DNA from: Minisyncoccota bacterium
GTDB taxonomy: Bacteria > Patescibacteriota > Minisyncoccia > Phycocordibacterales > SBAW01
Length of the DNA stretch: 64,000 nucleotides
Assembly (NCBI GenBank): GCA_035546575.1
Contig: DASZWN010000001.1
Location: 212,875-276,874 of the forward strand
Direction: 5' to 3'
Shown in pieces: positions 1 to 8,609 of this stretch. The position numbers were made by a program, and so were the translations under genes. The notes under the pieces are model-generated. The model saw only the letters and a list, made by a program, of their open reading frames with translations, was not told where the DNA came from and did no database searches. Positions within the stretch are counted from its first letter, which is position 1; each line of letters starts with the position of its first letter.

Positions 1-210
1 CAAGGATAATTGGCCCTAGTACGAACGCAACAACATACCAGAGCATATATCGCCTGTCCCATATCGCTCCGAGCATAATAAGGCCAAGTATGGCGAGTGA
101 AAGCACTATAAACTGCGGATGATCGAAAAAGACATACATGAGAAAAATAGACGCGGACCCCGAAATGAATACCAGAGCGGGCATACGCTGAAGCTTATAC
201 ATGGAATAAG
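1..210 (-). CDS. Putative multi-pass membrane protein, N-terminal 70 codons only (gene runs off window start)
   Basis: Open frame on minus strand from ATG at 208-210 (MYKLQRMPALVFISGSASIFLMYVFFDHPQFIV...) with hydrophobic helices; not in ORF track because it has no stop inside window. Confidence 0.3.
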
Positions 211-383
211 TTTAACACTTCTGAAACGGACAAGAGACGAGCTTGGCTTTCGGTCGCACTTTGCCGTCGCAAAGTTCGCCTGCAGCCCCGGCTCGCGGCC
301 CCACCAGTGTGGGGCATCGCTGTGCCGTTCAAGTCCCTTTGCAAGCAAAATTGTTTGCTTGCAACTCTCGCTTACGTAACAAA

Positions 384-405
384 AAAGCCCCGAAGGGCTT
401 TTATT
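384..405. terminator. Bidirectional intrinsic terminator-like hairpin (GCCCCGAAGGGGC flanked by A/T runs)
   Basis: aaaaaaGCCCCgaagGGGCttttatt directly downstream of the minus-strand tRNA-Asp. Confidence 0.5.
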
Positions 406-410
406 GTTCG

Positions 411-486
411 TGCGCGAGAGACGGGACTTGAACCCGCAACCTCTGCCGTGACAGGGCAGCGCTCTAACCAGTTGAGCTACTCCCGC
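411..486 (-). tRNA. tRNA-Asp (anticodon GTC)
   Basis: Reverse complement folds as cloverleaf: acceptor GCGGGAG/CTCTCGC, anticodon loop CTGTCAC, T-arm GGTTCAAGTCC. Confidence 0.85.
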
Positions 487-687
487 ATATATGCGGACAC
501 TGGGCCATTCTAGCCGAAATATGGCAAATTTCCAACATGCTATAATTTTTTGTATGGACCCTATTTCAAACTTGCTCCACCTCATACTCAACTTTCTTTT
601 GAGCTTTTTGCAACTCTTTATCGGATTTTTGATCCAAGCACTTAACTTGGTGTTGAGTTTTGCGCAGGCGATAGTTGGAACGGTGTC

Positions 688-1050
688 TTAGTGCTGGTGC
701 TCCTCCTTAAACTTTTTAAACTCGTCCTCCAGTTTGCTCATGCGCTCGTCGGTATCGTCCTCGATATCGATCAATTGGTTGTCGGCAGGGTCGAGCGCTT
801 TGATAAGCTCATCTAATTTCAGATGCGTTGCATGCGCGTCGCGGTTTTGAGTGTTTTGGATCAAAAACACCATCAAGAAGGTGACGATAGTGGTGCCTGT
901 GTTGATGACCAGCTGCCAGGTGTTTGAAAAGTTAAACAGCCAACCGGTGCCGGCCCACAGTGCAACAACACCTATGGCGATTAAAAACGCCCATGGCGAA
1001 CCCATGACCTTACTGGTTTTGTGCGCAATAACACGGAATAAATCGTTCAT
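688..1050 (-). CDS. Low-affinity iron permease family small membrane protein (Fet4-like bacterial family, 120 aa)
   Basis: MNDLF...WQLVINTGTTIVTFLMVFLIQNTQNRDAHATHLKLDELIKA motif typical of this family; the longer listed ORF (to 1452) would run through two tRNA genes so the internal ATG at 1050 is used. Confidence 0.7.
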   Translation of the reverse strand: MNDLFRVIAHKTSKVMGSPWAFLIAIGVVALWAGTGWLFNFSNTWQLVINTGTTIVTFLMVFLIQNTQNRDAHATHLKLDELIKALDPADNQLIDIEDDTDERMSKLEDEFKKFKEEHQH

Positions 1051-1116
1051 ACAGCTATAGTATACATCGTTAGTCTTTGGCGTTTTGGCCGTTTTTATTG
1101 TACTTTGTATCGATAA

Positions 1117-1189
1117 GCCGAAGTAGCTCAGATGGTAGAGCAACTCCATGGTAAGGAGTAGGTCGCCGGTTCGATTCCGGCCTTCGGCT
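1117..1189 (+). tRNA. tRNA-Thr (anticodon GGT)
   Basis: GCCGAAGTAGCTCAGATGGTAGAGC...anticodon loop ATGGTAA...GGTTCGATTCCGGCCTTCGGCT; perfect 7-bp acceptor. Confidence 0.85.
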
Positions 1190-1253
1190 CCCGCAAAAGT
1201 GGGGGCGCGTAAGCGTCCCGAGTTTTGCAAATCAAAAAGAATTTGTTTAACAA

Positions 1254-1326
1254 GCCGGAGTAGCTCAGTTGGTAGAGCGGCGGTATCGTAAACCGCAGGT
1301 CGCCGGTTCAATCCCGGCCTCCGGCT
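1254..1326 (+). tRNA. tRNA-Thr (anticodon CGT)
   Basis: GCCGGAGTAGCTCAGTTGGTAGAGC, anticodon stem GCGGT/ACCGC loop ATCGTAA, T-arm CCGGTTCAATCCCGG, acceptor 3' strand CTCCGGC. Confidence 0.85.
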
Positions 1327-1390
1327 CAAAAGAAAGAATTCCTGCCTTGTGCAGGAATTTTCTTTTGGCGGCCGGGATTGAACCGGGAGG
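1300..1390. repeat. Long imperfect inverted repeat (about 40-bp arms) spanning the tRNA-Thr(CGT) T-arm/3' end, centred on a terminator-like hairpin GAATTCCTGCcttgTGCAGGAATTttcttttgg
   Basis: 1303-1317 CCGGTTCAATCCCGG is mirrored by 1372-1386 CCGGGATTGAACCGG; inner hairpin 1336-1366. Confidence 0.5.
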
Positions 1391-1571
1391 GGTGAGAAAT
1401 CGCGGGGCGATTTCGCAAGACCTTTTGAGAGACTTTCGAAGAAAGTATCCAAAAGGTGTACTGCTCCTGTAAGGAGCGGGGAGGAACATGTGCCTCCCCG
1501 TGGAGGAATTCTTCAAAACCGTGGGTTTTGAAAGGCCGTCTTCAGTAGTATGCTACTGAAGACGGCCAGGA

Positions 1572-2474
1572 GTGAGATCCCGGCCTCCGGCTCAAGTGGA
1601 AAAGGAACACCTAGAAAAGCGTATCAAAGAGATAGAGGGCGCCATGACGGCGGCCGATTTTTGGAGCAACCCCGGGGAGGCCCAAAACATGATCAAAGAG
1701 CTGCAAGAGCTTAAGCTCCAGGCTGAAGGCGGCGGCAAGTACGACCTTGGCGGCGCCATTATGACAATCGTGGCCGGCGCGGGCGGAGACGATGCCGAGG
1801 ACTTTGCGCACATGCTCTTTGAGATGTATCGCAAATTTATCGAACGCTTTGGTTGGTCATACAAACTGCTTCACGAAAACCAGAACGACCATGGCGGCTA
1901 CCGCAACCTCTCAATCGAGATAGTAGGGAAGCGGGTGTACGGCACCCTCAAAAACGAATATGGAGTCCATAGGCTCGTGCGCATCTCGCCGTTTAACGCA
2001 AACCAAAAGCGCCAGACATCTTTTGTACTGGTGGAAGTATTGCCGGTGCTTGAGAAGGTGTCCGACATAGAGATCCCCGATGACGATTTGGAGATTACGG
2101 TGGCGCGCTCGGGCGGCCCCGGCGGGCAAAACGTCAACAAGCGCGAGACTGCGGTACGCGTGGTGCACAAGCCCACAGGTATCAGCGCGCACGTAGACGG
2201 CGAGCGTACGCAAGGTGCCAACAAAGAGAAGGCGCTCGCGATTGTCAAAGCAAAACTGCTCCACCAGATGGAAGAGGAGCGCAAAGAAAAGATTTCCGAC
2301 CTCTCGACAGCCTCCGGCAAGATAGAGTGGGGCAACCAGATCCGCTCCTATGTGCTCCACCCGTACAAACTGGTTAAAGACCACCGCACCGAGGTAGAGG
2401 TTCGCGATGCAGAGAGCGTGCTCGAGGGCAATATTGAGCCTTTCCTCCAAGGTGCAACGTCATTGACCGAATAG
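1572..2474 (+). CDS. prfB: Peptide chain release factor 2 (RF2), N-terminally short form; start uncertain (GTG 1572, GTG 1596 or ATG 1644)
   Basis: Conserved RF2 core: [16 protein letters not shown](SPF), [10 protein letters not shown](GGQ), WGNQIRSYV; no upstream CTT-TGA-C frameshift site and an in-frame TGA at 1557. Confidence 0.8.
   Translation: MRSRPPAQVEKEHLEKRIKEIEGAMTAADFWSNPGEAQNMIKELQELKLQAEGGGKYDLGGAIMTIVAGAGGDDAEDFAHMLFEMYRKFIERFGWSYKLLHENQNDHGGYRNLSIEIVGKRVYGTLKNEYGVHRLVRISPFNANQKRQTSFVLVEVLPVLEKVSDIEIPDDDLEITVARSGGPGGQNVNKRETAVRVVHKPTGISAHVDGERTQGANKEKALAIVKAKLLHQMEEERKEKISDLSTASGKIEWGNQIRSYVLHPYKLVKDHRTEVEVRDAESVLEGNIEPFLQGATSLTE
1577..1594 (+). repeat. Exact 18-nt direct repeat of the tRNA-Thr(CGT) 3' end (ATCCCGGCCTCCGGCTCA; first copy 1311-1328)
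   Basis: Identical 18-mer read directly from the sequence; the intervening 250 bp contains at least five perfect hairpins. Confidence 0.6.
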
Positions 2475-2527
2475 TTTCTATGGCCTAGTGTTCTTGTGGG
2501 TGAATACGTGCACAAGAGGAGGAGCCG

Positions 2528-3052
2528 GTGCGCATAGTATTTATTTGCGGGATATGGACATTCCATAATCCTATCTGGGACAACCTTAGGGTGCCGCTTA
2601 AATCGCGATTCCCGCATGCTGCTATATACGAAGAGGAAGTCTGGTACTCTCCGTGGGAAACCGAGAAGATCAGAACGTTTGGCGACTCGATCGTGGAAAA
2701 GTATGACGACGGCGTTGATGTTCTGCTGATCGGACACAGTATGGGCGGCCTGGTCGCATGTGCCATTGCACCCCAGTTCAGTCATAGTCGCGTGCGTGGT
2801 ATCGCGACACTCTTTTCTGGACATACATTTTTTGGAGGCCTTTTTGCCAGAATCGCAGGAGTACCGCAGGAAAGCTCAATACCTATCATTTCGTTTCAGG
2901 CAAAAATCGATCAGATAGTGTGGTGGGGTACGCGCCACCCAAGAGCGGTTGCGCACGTAGATTTGCTCTCGGATCATCTCTTTGGTATGGCATACGTCAA
3001 GCGATATGGCGAAGTGGTTGCCAAAACCATAGAAGAAAAGCTCTTTATCTAG
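2528..3052 (+). CDS. Alpha/beta-hydrolase fold esterase/lipase-like protein (GHSMGG nucleophile elbow)
   Basis: AGGAGG SD 7 nt upstream of GTG; LLIGHSMGGLVA GxSxG motif; followed by strong terminator. Confidence 0.6.
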   Translation: MRIVFICGIWTFHNPIWDNLRVPLKSRFPHAAIYEEEVWYSPWETEKIRTFGDSIVEKYDDGVDVLLIGHSMGGLVACAIAPQFSHSRVRGIATLFSGHTFFGGLFARIAGVPQESSIPIISFQAKIDQIVWWGTRHPRAVAHVDLLSDHLFGMAYVKRYGEVVAKTIEEKLFI

Positions 3053-3080
3053 GCCTGAGTGAATGCTCAGGCCTTTTTTT
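3052..3080 (+). terminator. Intrinsic terminator
   Basis: GGCCTGAGtgaatgCTCAGGCC followed by TTTTTTT. Confidence 0.7.
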
Positions 3081-3131
3081 GAGCTAATTTTGCACATTGC
3101 GCTAAAAGTAAGGTAAAATAGACAGGTTGAT

Positions 3132-3812
3132 ATGATCTACTACGACCGCGTATCCAAAATATACGCTGATAGCTCCGTTGCCTTAGACGACGTTAGCTTT
3201 TCGGTAGAGCCAGGCGAGTTTATCTCTATCGTCGGCCACTCCGGCGCCGGCAAGACGACGCTGGTTAAAATGCTCCTCGCGGAAGAAAAGCCCTCATCGG
3301 GCTCGGTCTTTTTTGAGTCGGTCAATGTGCACGACGTCCCATCGCGCCGCATCAACGACCTGCGCCGCAAGATAGGCACGGTGTTTCAAGATTTTAGGCT
3401 GCTTCCGCAGAAGACTGCGTACGAGAATGTCGCTTTCGCGATGGAGGCCGCAGGCCGCAGCGAGGAGGAGATAGCATCCGACGTGCCGCACGTGCTCGAC
3501 CTCGTTGACCTCACTGAAAAGGCAAATAATTTCCCAGACGAGCTCTCGGGCGGCGAGCAGCAGCGCGTTGCAATCGCGCGCGCCATTGTTAACCAGCCCG
3601 ATGTCATTGTTGCCGATGAGCCGACCGGTAATCTTGACCCGGTTAACACCTTTGAGGTGGTACAGATACTCAAAAAGATCAACGACCTCGGTACCACTAT
3701 TATCCTGACCACGCATAACAAGGGTGTGATCGACAGCCTCAAGAAGCGCGTGGTAACACTCGATAGAGGCAAGGTGATCCGGGACGACCGCGAGGGCAAG
3801 TACATACTATAG
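3132..3812 (+). CDS. ftsE: Cell division ATP-binding protein FtsE
   Basis: Walker A GHSGAGKTT, ABC signature [14 protein letters not shown], Walker [13 protein letters not shown]; followed by ftsX. Confidence 0.9.
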   Translation: MIYYDRVSKIYADSSVALDDVSFSVEPGEFISIVGHSGAGKTTLVKMLLAEEKPSSGSVFFESVNVHDVPSRRINDLRRKIGTVFQDFRLLPQKTAYENVAFAMEAAGRSEEEIASDVPHVLDLVDLTEKANNFPDELSGGEQQRVAIARAIVNQPDVIVADEPTGNLDPVNTFEVVQILKKINDLGTTIILTTHNKGVIDSLKKRVVTLDRGKVIRDDREGKYIL

Positions 3813-3822
3813 AATCAATCAT

Positions 3823-4755
3823 ATGGATCTTCTAAGCATACGGCGCGTGTTCAGGTCAGGTTTCATCAATTTTTGGAGAAACGGCTTTGTTTCGTTTGCA
3901 TCGGTGATGATGATGACCTTTACCCTTTTTGTGATCGGTCTCGCGATGTTTACGGGCGTGATACTCAACTCCACCTTGCAAGAGTTCCGCGATAAAGCAG
4001 ACATGAATGTCTACTTTACGACTGATGCGCCTGAGACCCGTATTGCGGATATTAAGACCTCGCTTGAGGCGCTGCCGCAAGTAGAGCAGGTTGAGTATAT
4101 TTCGCGCGACGAGGCGCTCGCTCAGTTTCGCGAGCGGCACCAAAACGACCAGCTAACGCTCCAAGCGCTCGATGAGCTTGGCGACAACCCGCTTGGGGCA
4201 GTGCTTAATGTAAAGGCGCGTGAGATTACCCAGTACGACAGCATTGCCAACTTCCTCCAGGGCCAAGATGCCTTAGCCTCCGGCACTCCGCAGATTATCG
4301 ACAAGATAAACTACTACGACCAGCAGCATCGCGACGCGATAGACCGCCTGGCTCAGATTACCGACTCGGCAACGTGGATCGGGCTTGTCATTATCGCGAT
4401 ATTCGTTTTGATCACGATCGCGATCTCGTTTAACACCCTGCGCCTTACCATCTACTCCTCGCGCGATGAGATCCAGGTGATGCGGCTCGTGGGTGCCGAC
4501 AAGACCTATATCCGGGCGCCGTTTATGGTTGAGGGTGTGCTCTACGGGCTCGTGGCCGCTGGTATAACGCTCCTGCTGTTTTACCCGCTCTCATGGTGGC
4601 TTGGCAGCTCGACGCAAAACTTCTTTGGCGGAGTCAATGTCTTCTACTATTACCTGAGCCACTTCCTCGTATTCTTTGGCATTATTGCCGGGTCAGGCAT
4701 TGTACTTGGAGCAGTGGCGAGCTTGCTCGCGGTGCGCCGATACCTTAAGATCTAG
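3823..4755 (+). CDS. ftsX: Cell division permease FtsX
   Basis: N-terminal TM, large periplasmic domain, C-terminal three-TM FtsX-type permease domain; immediately downstream of ftsE. Confidence 0.85.
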   Translation: MDLLSIRRVFRSGFINFWRNGFVSFASVMMMTFTLFVIGLAMFTGVILNSTLQEFRDKADMNVYFTTDAPETRIADIKTSLEALPQVEQVEYISRDEALAQFRERHQNDQLTLQALDELGDNPLGAVLNVKAREITQYDSIANFLQGQDALASGTPQIIDKINYYDQQHRDAIDRLAQITDSATWIGLVIIAIFVLITIAISFNTLRLTIYSSRDEIQVMRLVGADKTYIRAPFMVEGVLYGLVAAGITLLLFYPLSWWLGSSTQNFFGGVNVFYYYLSHFLVFFGIIAGSGIVLGAVASLLAVRRYLKI

Positions 4756-4761
4756 GAAAAT

Positions 4762-6390
4762 ATGCCCAAATATATTTTTGTCGTTGGCGGGGTGATGTCA
4801 GGCATAGGCAAGGGCATCGCCACCTCCGCCATTGGGCGTATCCTCAAGTCAAAAGGTTTTGCGGTTACGGCACTTAAGATCGACCCCTATATCAATGTCG
4901 ATGCCGGGACGATGAATCCGACCGAGCACGGCGAGGTGTTTGTGCTCGAAGACGGCGACGAGTGCGACCAGGACATGGGCAACTACGAGCGTTTCCTCGA
5001 CATTACGCTCACGCGCACCAATTACATGACCACCGGGCGCGTCTACCAGGAGGTGATCCGCCGCGAGCGCAATCTCGAGTACAAGGGCCGCAATGTGCAG
5101 GTAGTGCCCGACGTGCCAGCCGAGGTGATCCGCCGCATTAAAGAGGCACAAGCAAAAGCTAAGGCGGATGTCACTATTGTCGAGGTGGGCGGTACGGTAG
5201 GCGAGTACGAGAACATTCTATTTTTGGAAGCGGCGCGCATGCTCAAGCATGAGGCGCCTAAGGATGTTGCGATTGTAATGCTCTCGTATGTGCCGATCCC
5301 AAACAATATCGGCGAGATGAAGACAAAGCCGACGCAGCACGCCAGCCGTGAGCTCAACTCGGTAGGGCTCCAGGCTGACATTATCTTGGCCCGCGCCGAG
5401 GTGCCGCTTGACCAAAAGCGCAAAGAAAAGATCGCGCTGTTTTGCAACGTGTCTCCGGAGCGCGTTGTTTCGGCACCCGATGTTGAAAGTATCTACGATG
5501 TGCCGCTCAACTACGAGAACGACGGTCTGGGCGACACTATGTGCGATGTATTGGGGCTCGAGCGCAAAAAGAGCGACCTCTCCGAGTGGGCCCAATATGT
5601 AGCAAAGTCAAAAAGTGCCACCACTCCTATTAAGGTTGCGGTAGTAGGAAAATATTTTAAGTCAGGCGAGTATGTGCTCGCCGATGTCTACATTTCGGTA
5701 ATCGAGTCGATAAAAGCAGCCGCGTATCATCAGGATCGCAAACCAGAGATTTCATACATAGACTCAGAGGATTTTGAAACAGGCAAGATGAAGCTTGAGG
5801 AGCTCAGACAATATGACGGAGTCATTGTACCGGGCGGTTTTGGCGAGCGCGGGGTAGAGGGTTTGGTGCTCGCAATACAGTTTGTGCGCGAGAATAAGAT
5901 CCCGTACCTGGGCCTGTGTTATGGCATGCAGTGGCTCACGATAGAGTACGCGCGCAACAAGGCGGGGCTTGCGGGCGCTAACACGGCAGAGGTCAACGCG
6001 AGTGCTCCGCACCCGGTCATCGACATCATGCCCGACCAAAAAGAAAAGATTTCAAAACAAGACTATGGCGGCACGATGCGCTTAGGTACCTATATAGCAC
6101 ATATTAAAGAGGGAAGCGTTGCGCATGAGGCATACGGCAAAACAGAGATATATGAGCGCCACCGCCACCGCTACGAGGTTAACCCGGAATATATAGAGCA
6201 GTTAGAGAAAGCAGGGCTCGTGTTCTCGGGCAAGTCTCCCGACGGCCGCTTGATGGAAATTGCCGAGCTCCCGCGCGAGGTCCACCCATTTTTTATCGCG
6301 TCACAGTTCCACCCCGAGTTTCTTTCGCGCCCTCTCTCTCCGCACCCGCTGTTTTCGGCTTTTATACGTGCCGCAAGCAAGAAGAATTAA
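4762..6390 (+). CDS. pyrG: CTP synthase
   Basis: MPKYIFVVGGVMSGIGKGI N-terminus, glutamine amidotransferase domain with GLCYGMQ, 542 aa. Confidence 0.95.
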   Translation: MPKYIFVVGGVMSGIGKGIATSAIGRILKSKGFAVTALKIDPYINVDAGTMNPTEHGEVFVLEDGDECDQDMGNYERFLDITLTRTNYMTTGRVYQEVIRRERNLEYKGRNVQVVPDVPAEVIRRIKEAQAKAKADVTIVEVGGTVGEYENILFLEAARMLKHEAPKDVAIVMLSYVPIPNNIGEMKTKPTQHASRELNSVGLQADIILARAEVPLDQKRKEKIALFCNVSPERVVSAPDVESIYDVPLNYENDGLGDTMCDVLGLERKKSDLSEWAQYVAKSKSATTPIKVAVVGKYFKSGEYVLADVYISVIESIKAAAYHQDRKPEISYIDSEDFETGKMKLEELRQYDGVIVPGGFGERGVEGLVLAIQFVRENKIPYLGLCYGMQWLTIEYARNKAGLAGANTAEVNASAPHPVIDIMPDQKEKISKQDYGGTMRLGTYIAHIKEGSVAHEAYGKTEIYERHRHRYEVNPEYIEQLEKAGLVFSGKSPDGRLMEIAELPREVHPFFIASQFHPEFLSRPLSPHPLFSAFIRAASKKN

Positions 6391-6463
6391 AAAATAGTTG
6401 GGTTGAGATTTAAGGCAATTTCAGGTATCTTTTGTCTGTAATTGCCCTCGTGCAGTTAACTAT

Positions 6464-6534
6464 TGCCAGATCGTCTAATGGTAGGACAACGGACTCTGAA
6501 TCCGTTTATCTTGGTTCGAATCCAAGTCTGGCAG
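6464..6534 (+). tRNA. tRNA-Gln (anticodon CTG)
   Basis: TGCCAGA...anticodon loop CTCTGAA...T-arm CTTGGTTCGAATCCAAG...TCTGGCA; U1-A72 pair typical of bacterial tRNA-Gln. Confidence 0.85.
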
Positions 6535-6544
6535 CAAAATACCT

Positions 6545-6979
6545 ATGGCAGAACTAAAAACACAAGTTAATAAAGCAAACGTCGCAAAGTTTTTGGGCAG
6601 TATTAAAAATGAGCAGAAACGTGCCGACTGCATTGCGATTTCCAACATGATGGAGAAGGCAACCAAAACAAAGCCCGAAATGTGGGGCAAGTCTATCGTG
6701 GGCTTTGGCCGCGTAACGTACACCTACGCTAACGGCAAACAAGGCGAGTGGATGAAGATCGGTTTTGCTCCGCGCGCGCAAAACATCGCGCTCTACGGCT
6801 TGCTCATCTTTACCATGTCGGGTGGCGGTCTAAAAAAAGATAAAAAAGACAATAGCTTTCTACTGAAGCTGGGTAAGTATAAAGAAAGCGGAGGGTGCCT
6901 CTACATCAACAGACTCGCCGATGTCAGCATCAAAGAGCTTGAGAAAATTATTACACTTGCAGTAAAGCGCAAGAAATAG
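6545..6979 (+). CDS. DUF1801 domain protein (YdhG/YdeI-like)
   Basis: MAELKT..VAKFLGSI..RADC..MWGKSIVGFGRVTYTYANGKQGEW pattern typical of DUF1801. Confidence 0.6.
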   Translation: MAELKTQVNKANVAKFLGSIKNEQKRADCIAISNMMEKATKTKPEMWGKSIVGFGRVTYTYANGKQGEWMKIGFAPRAQNIALYGLLIFTMSGGGLKKDKKDNSFLLKLGKYKESGGCLYINRLADVSIKELEKIITLAVKRKK

Positions 6980-7003
6980 GAGTCGATAGGGTAGAATAGA
7001 CAC

Positions 7004-7555
7004 ATGAACCCTCGAAACTTTTTTGTAGGAAGAGCAATCGGTTTTATTGTCGTTCTTGTGCTTGTAGGAGGCTACTTCCTTTTTAACAGCTACATATACC
7101 AGCAAAAGCAGGGGCCCGTGCTCGATTATAAAAACACTACCTACACTGTGGAGGGAGAAGTAGTGCAGCTTACCAATGGCATGTCAGAGGTGGAGGCTGC
7201 ACCAGGCTCGGCTTCCAAAGTTACAACCAAATATTTTGGCAACGAGGCAAAGGGCGACTTAAATGCCGACGGCATTCCTGACATCGCATTTCTGCTCACC
7301 CAAAACTCCGGTGGGAGCGGAACGTTTTACTATGTAGTGGCATCGCTCCAGGACAAAGACAGCGGGTACCTTGGCACCAACGCGGTCTTATTGGGCGACC
7401 GGATTGCTCCTCAGACTACTGAGATCAAAGACGGAGAGATTATCGTTAATTATGCCAACCGCGCACCAGGCGACCCTATGACTGCGCCACCGTCAGTCGG
7501 CGTTTCAAAATATCTGCGGGTCGACAACGGAGTTCTGGTCGAGACGGTGCAGTAA
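7004..7555 (+). CDS. Hypothetical membrane-anchored exported protein
   Basis: N-terminal TM helix then soluble domain; no recognisable motifs. Confidence 0.5.
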   Translation: MNPRNFFVGRAIGFIVVLVLVGGYFLFNSYIYQQKQGPVLDYKNTTYTVEGEVVQLTNGMSEVEAAPGSASKVTTKYFGNEAKGDLNADGIPDIAFLLTQNSGGSGTFYYVVASLQDKDSGYLGTNAVLLGDRIAPQTTEIKDGEIIVNYANRAPGDPMTAPPSVGVSKYLRVDNGVLVETVQ

Positions 7556-7561
7556 GGGCGC

Positions 7562-7807
7562 ATGTATTTTGTGTACATTATCGAATGCGCCGACTTGTCT
7601 CTCTACACAGGCATCACGACTGATTTAAAGAGAAGGTTTGAGCAGCATAAAACCGGAAAGGGCGGGCATTATACCCGGGCTAAACAGGTCGTGCGTTTTG
7701 TATATACCGAGCAACACTCAGGCAGATCCTCAGCGTTAAAGCGCGAAGCAGAAATAAAAAGTTGGCCCAGAGAAAAGAAACTGGGTTTGATACGCGGACA
7801 CAAGTAG
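7562..7807 (+). CDS. GIY-YIG nuclease superfamily protein (UPF0213/YhbQ-like, 81 aa)
   Basis: YFVYIIECADLSLYTGITTDLKRRFEQH...ALKREAEIKSW = GIY-YIG signature. Confidence 0.7.
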   Translation: MYFVYIIECADLSLYTGITTDLKRRFEQHKTGKGGHYTRAKQVVRFVYTEQHSGRSSALKREAEIKSWPREKKLGLIRGHK

Positions 7808-7827
7808 TTTAGTGTAGTCTGTACGAT

Positions 7828-8604
7828 ATGGACCACAAAAGCAGCAAAACCTCCTGGGGCAAGGTTGCCGACTGGTACGGCGAGTATCTCGGGAATGAGG
7901 ACACGTATCAAGCAAAAGTGATTTTGCCTAATCTGTTGCGCGTGCTTAGCCTCAAGCCGGGAGAGAAGGTGCTCGACTTGGCCTGCGGGCAGGGATTCTT
8001 TGCGCGCGAGTTCGCAAAAGCGGGCGCACAGGTGGTGGGCGCCGACATTGCAAAGGAGCTTATTGCAGAAGCAAAGAAGGCCGGAGGACCTGTCGAGTAT
8101 TATGTCGCCCCCGCCTCACATCTGTCGTTTGCAAAAGATGCCGAGTTTGACGCGGTAGTGTGCGTGCTCGCGCTCCAAAATATGGAAGACATTAATGCAG
8201 TGTTTAAAGAAGTGCGCCGAGTGCTCAAGCCAGAAGGCCGGTTTGTGATAGTGCTCAACCACCCGGCGTTCCGTGTCCTCAAGCGCTCCGCTTGGGGCTG
8301 GGATGAGTCGGCCTCGGTGCAGTATAGGCGCATCGACGGCTACCTCTCCGCTGCAAAAATCTCAGTCGACATGCATCCGGGCGCTGCATCATCAACAAAA
8401 ACAATCTCGTACCACCGCTCGCTCCAGGACTTTTTTAAGGCGCTCAGAGGCGCCTCCTTTGCAGTCACGGCACTGGAGGAATGGACTTCGCACAAAACAA
8501 GCGAGAAAGGTCCGCGCCAGGCCGGAGAGGATGCTGCTCGGAAAGAAATCCCGCTCTTTATGCTCATAGAGGCGCAGCGATATGCGCAAAAAAGTGTAAA
8601 ATAA
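7828..8604 (+). CDS. Class I SAM-dependent methyltransferase (type 11-like)
   Basis: Motif I VLDLACGQGFF and acidic motif II, 258 aa. Confidence 0.75.
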   Translation: MDHKSSKTSWGKVADWYGEYLGNEDTYQAKVILPNLLRVLSLKPGEKVLDLACGQGFFAREFAKAGAQVVGADIAKELIAEAKKAGGPVEYYVAPASHLSFAKDAEFDAVVCVLALQNMEDINAVFKEVRRVLKPEGRFVIVLNHPAFRVLKRSAWGWDESASVQYRRIDGYLSAAKISVDMHPGAASSTKTISYHRSLQDFFKALRGASFAVTALEEWTSHKTSEKGPRQAGEDAARKEIPLFMLIEAQRYAQKSVK

Positions 8605-8609
8605 AAATA

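Noticed and set aside
106-591. 161-aa minus-strand ORF
   Set aside because: Runs straight through the tRNA-Asp gene and its terminator hairpin; low-complexity translation with no motif. Treated as a spurious frame.
1051-1452. Upstream extension of the 254-aa minus ORF (688..1452)
   Set aside because: The extension would read antisense through both tRNA-Thr genes. Only the C-terminal 120 codons (688..1050) match a known family and start with ATG.
1370-1600. Possible tmRNA (ssrA) or permuted tmRNA next to the tRNA-like 3' end
   Set aside because: The acceptor-like end is Thr-type (no G3-U70 Ala identity), there is no tag-peptide ORF ending in ..AA-stop and no tRNA-Ala-like T-arm. Kept only as a structured-repeat finding.
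8481-8609. Upstream 43 codons of ORF 8481..9173
   Set aside because: Overlaps the 3' end of the methyltransferase gene in another frame. A GTG at 8610 just after that gene's stop gives a sensible start.
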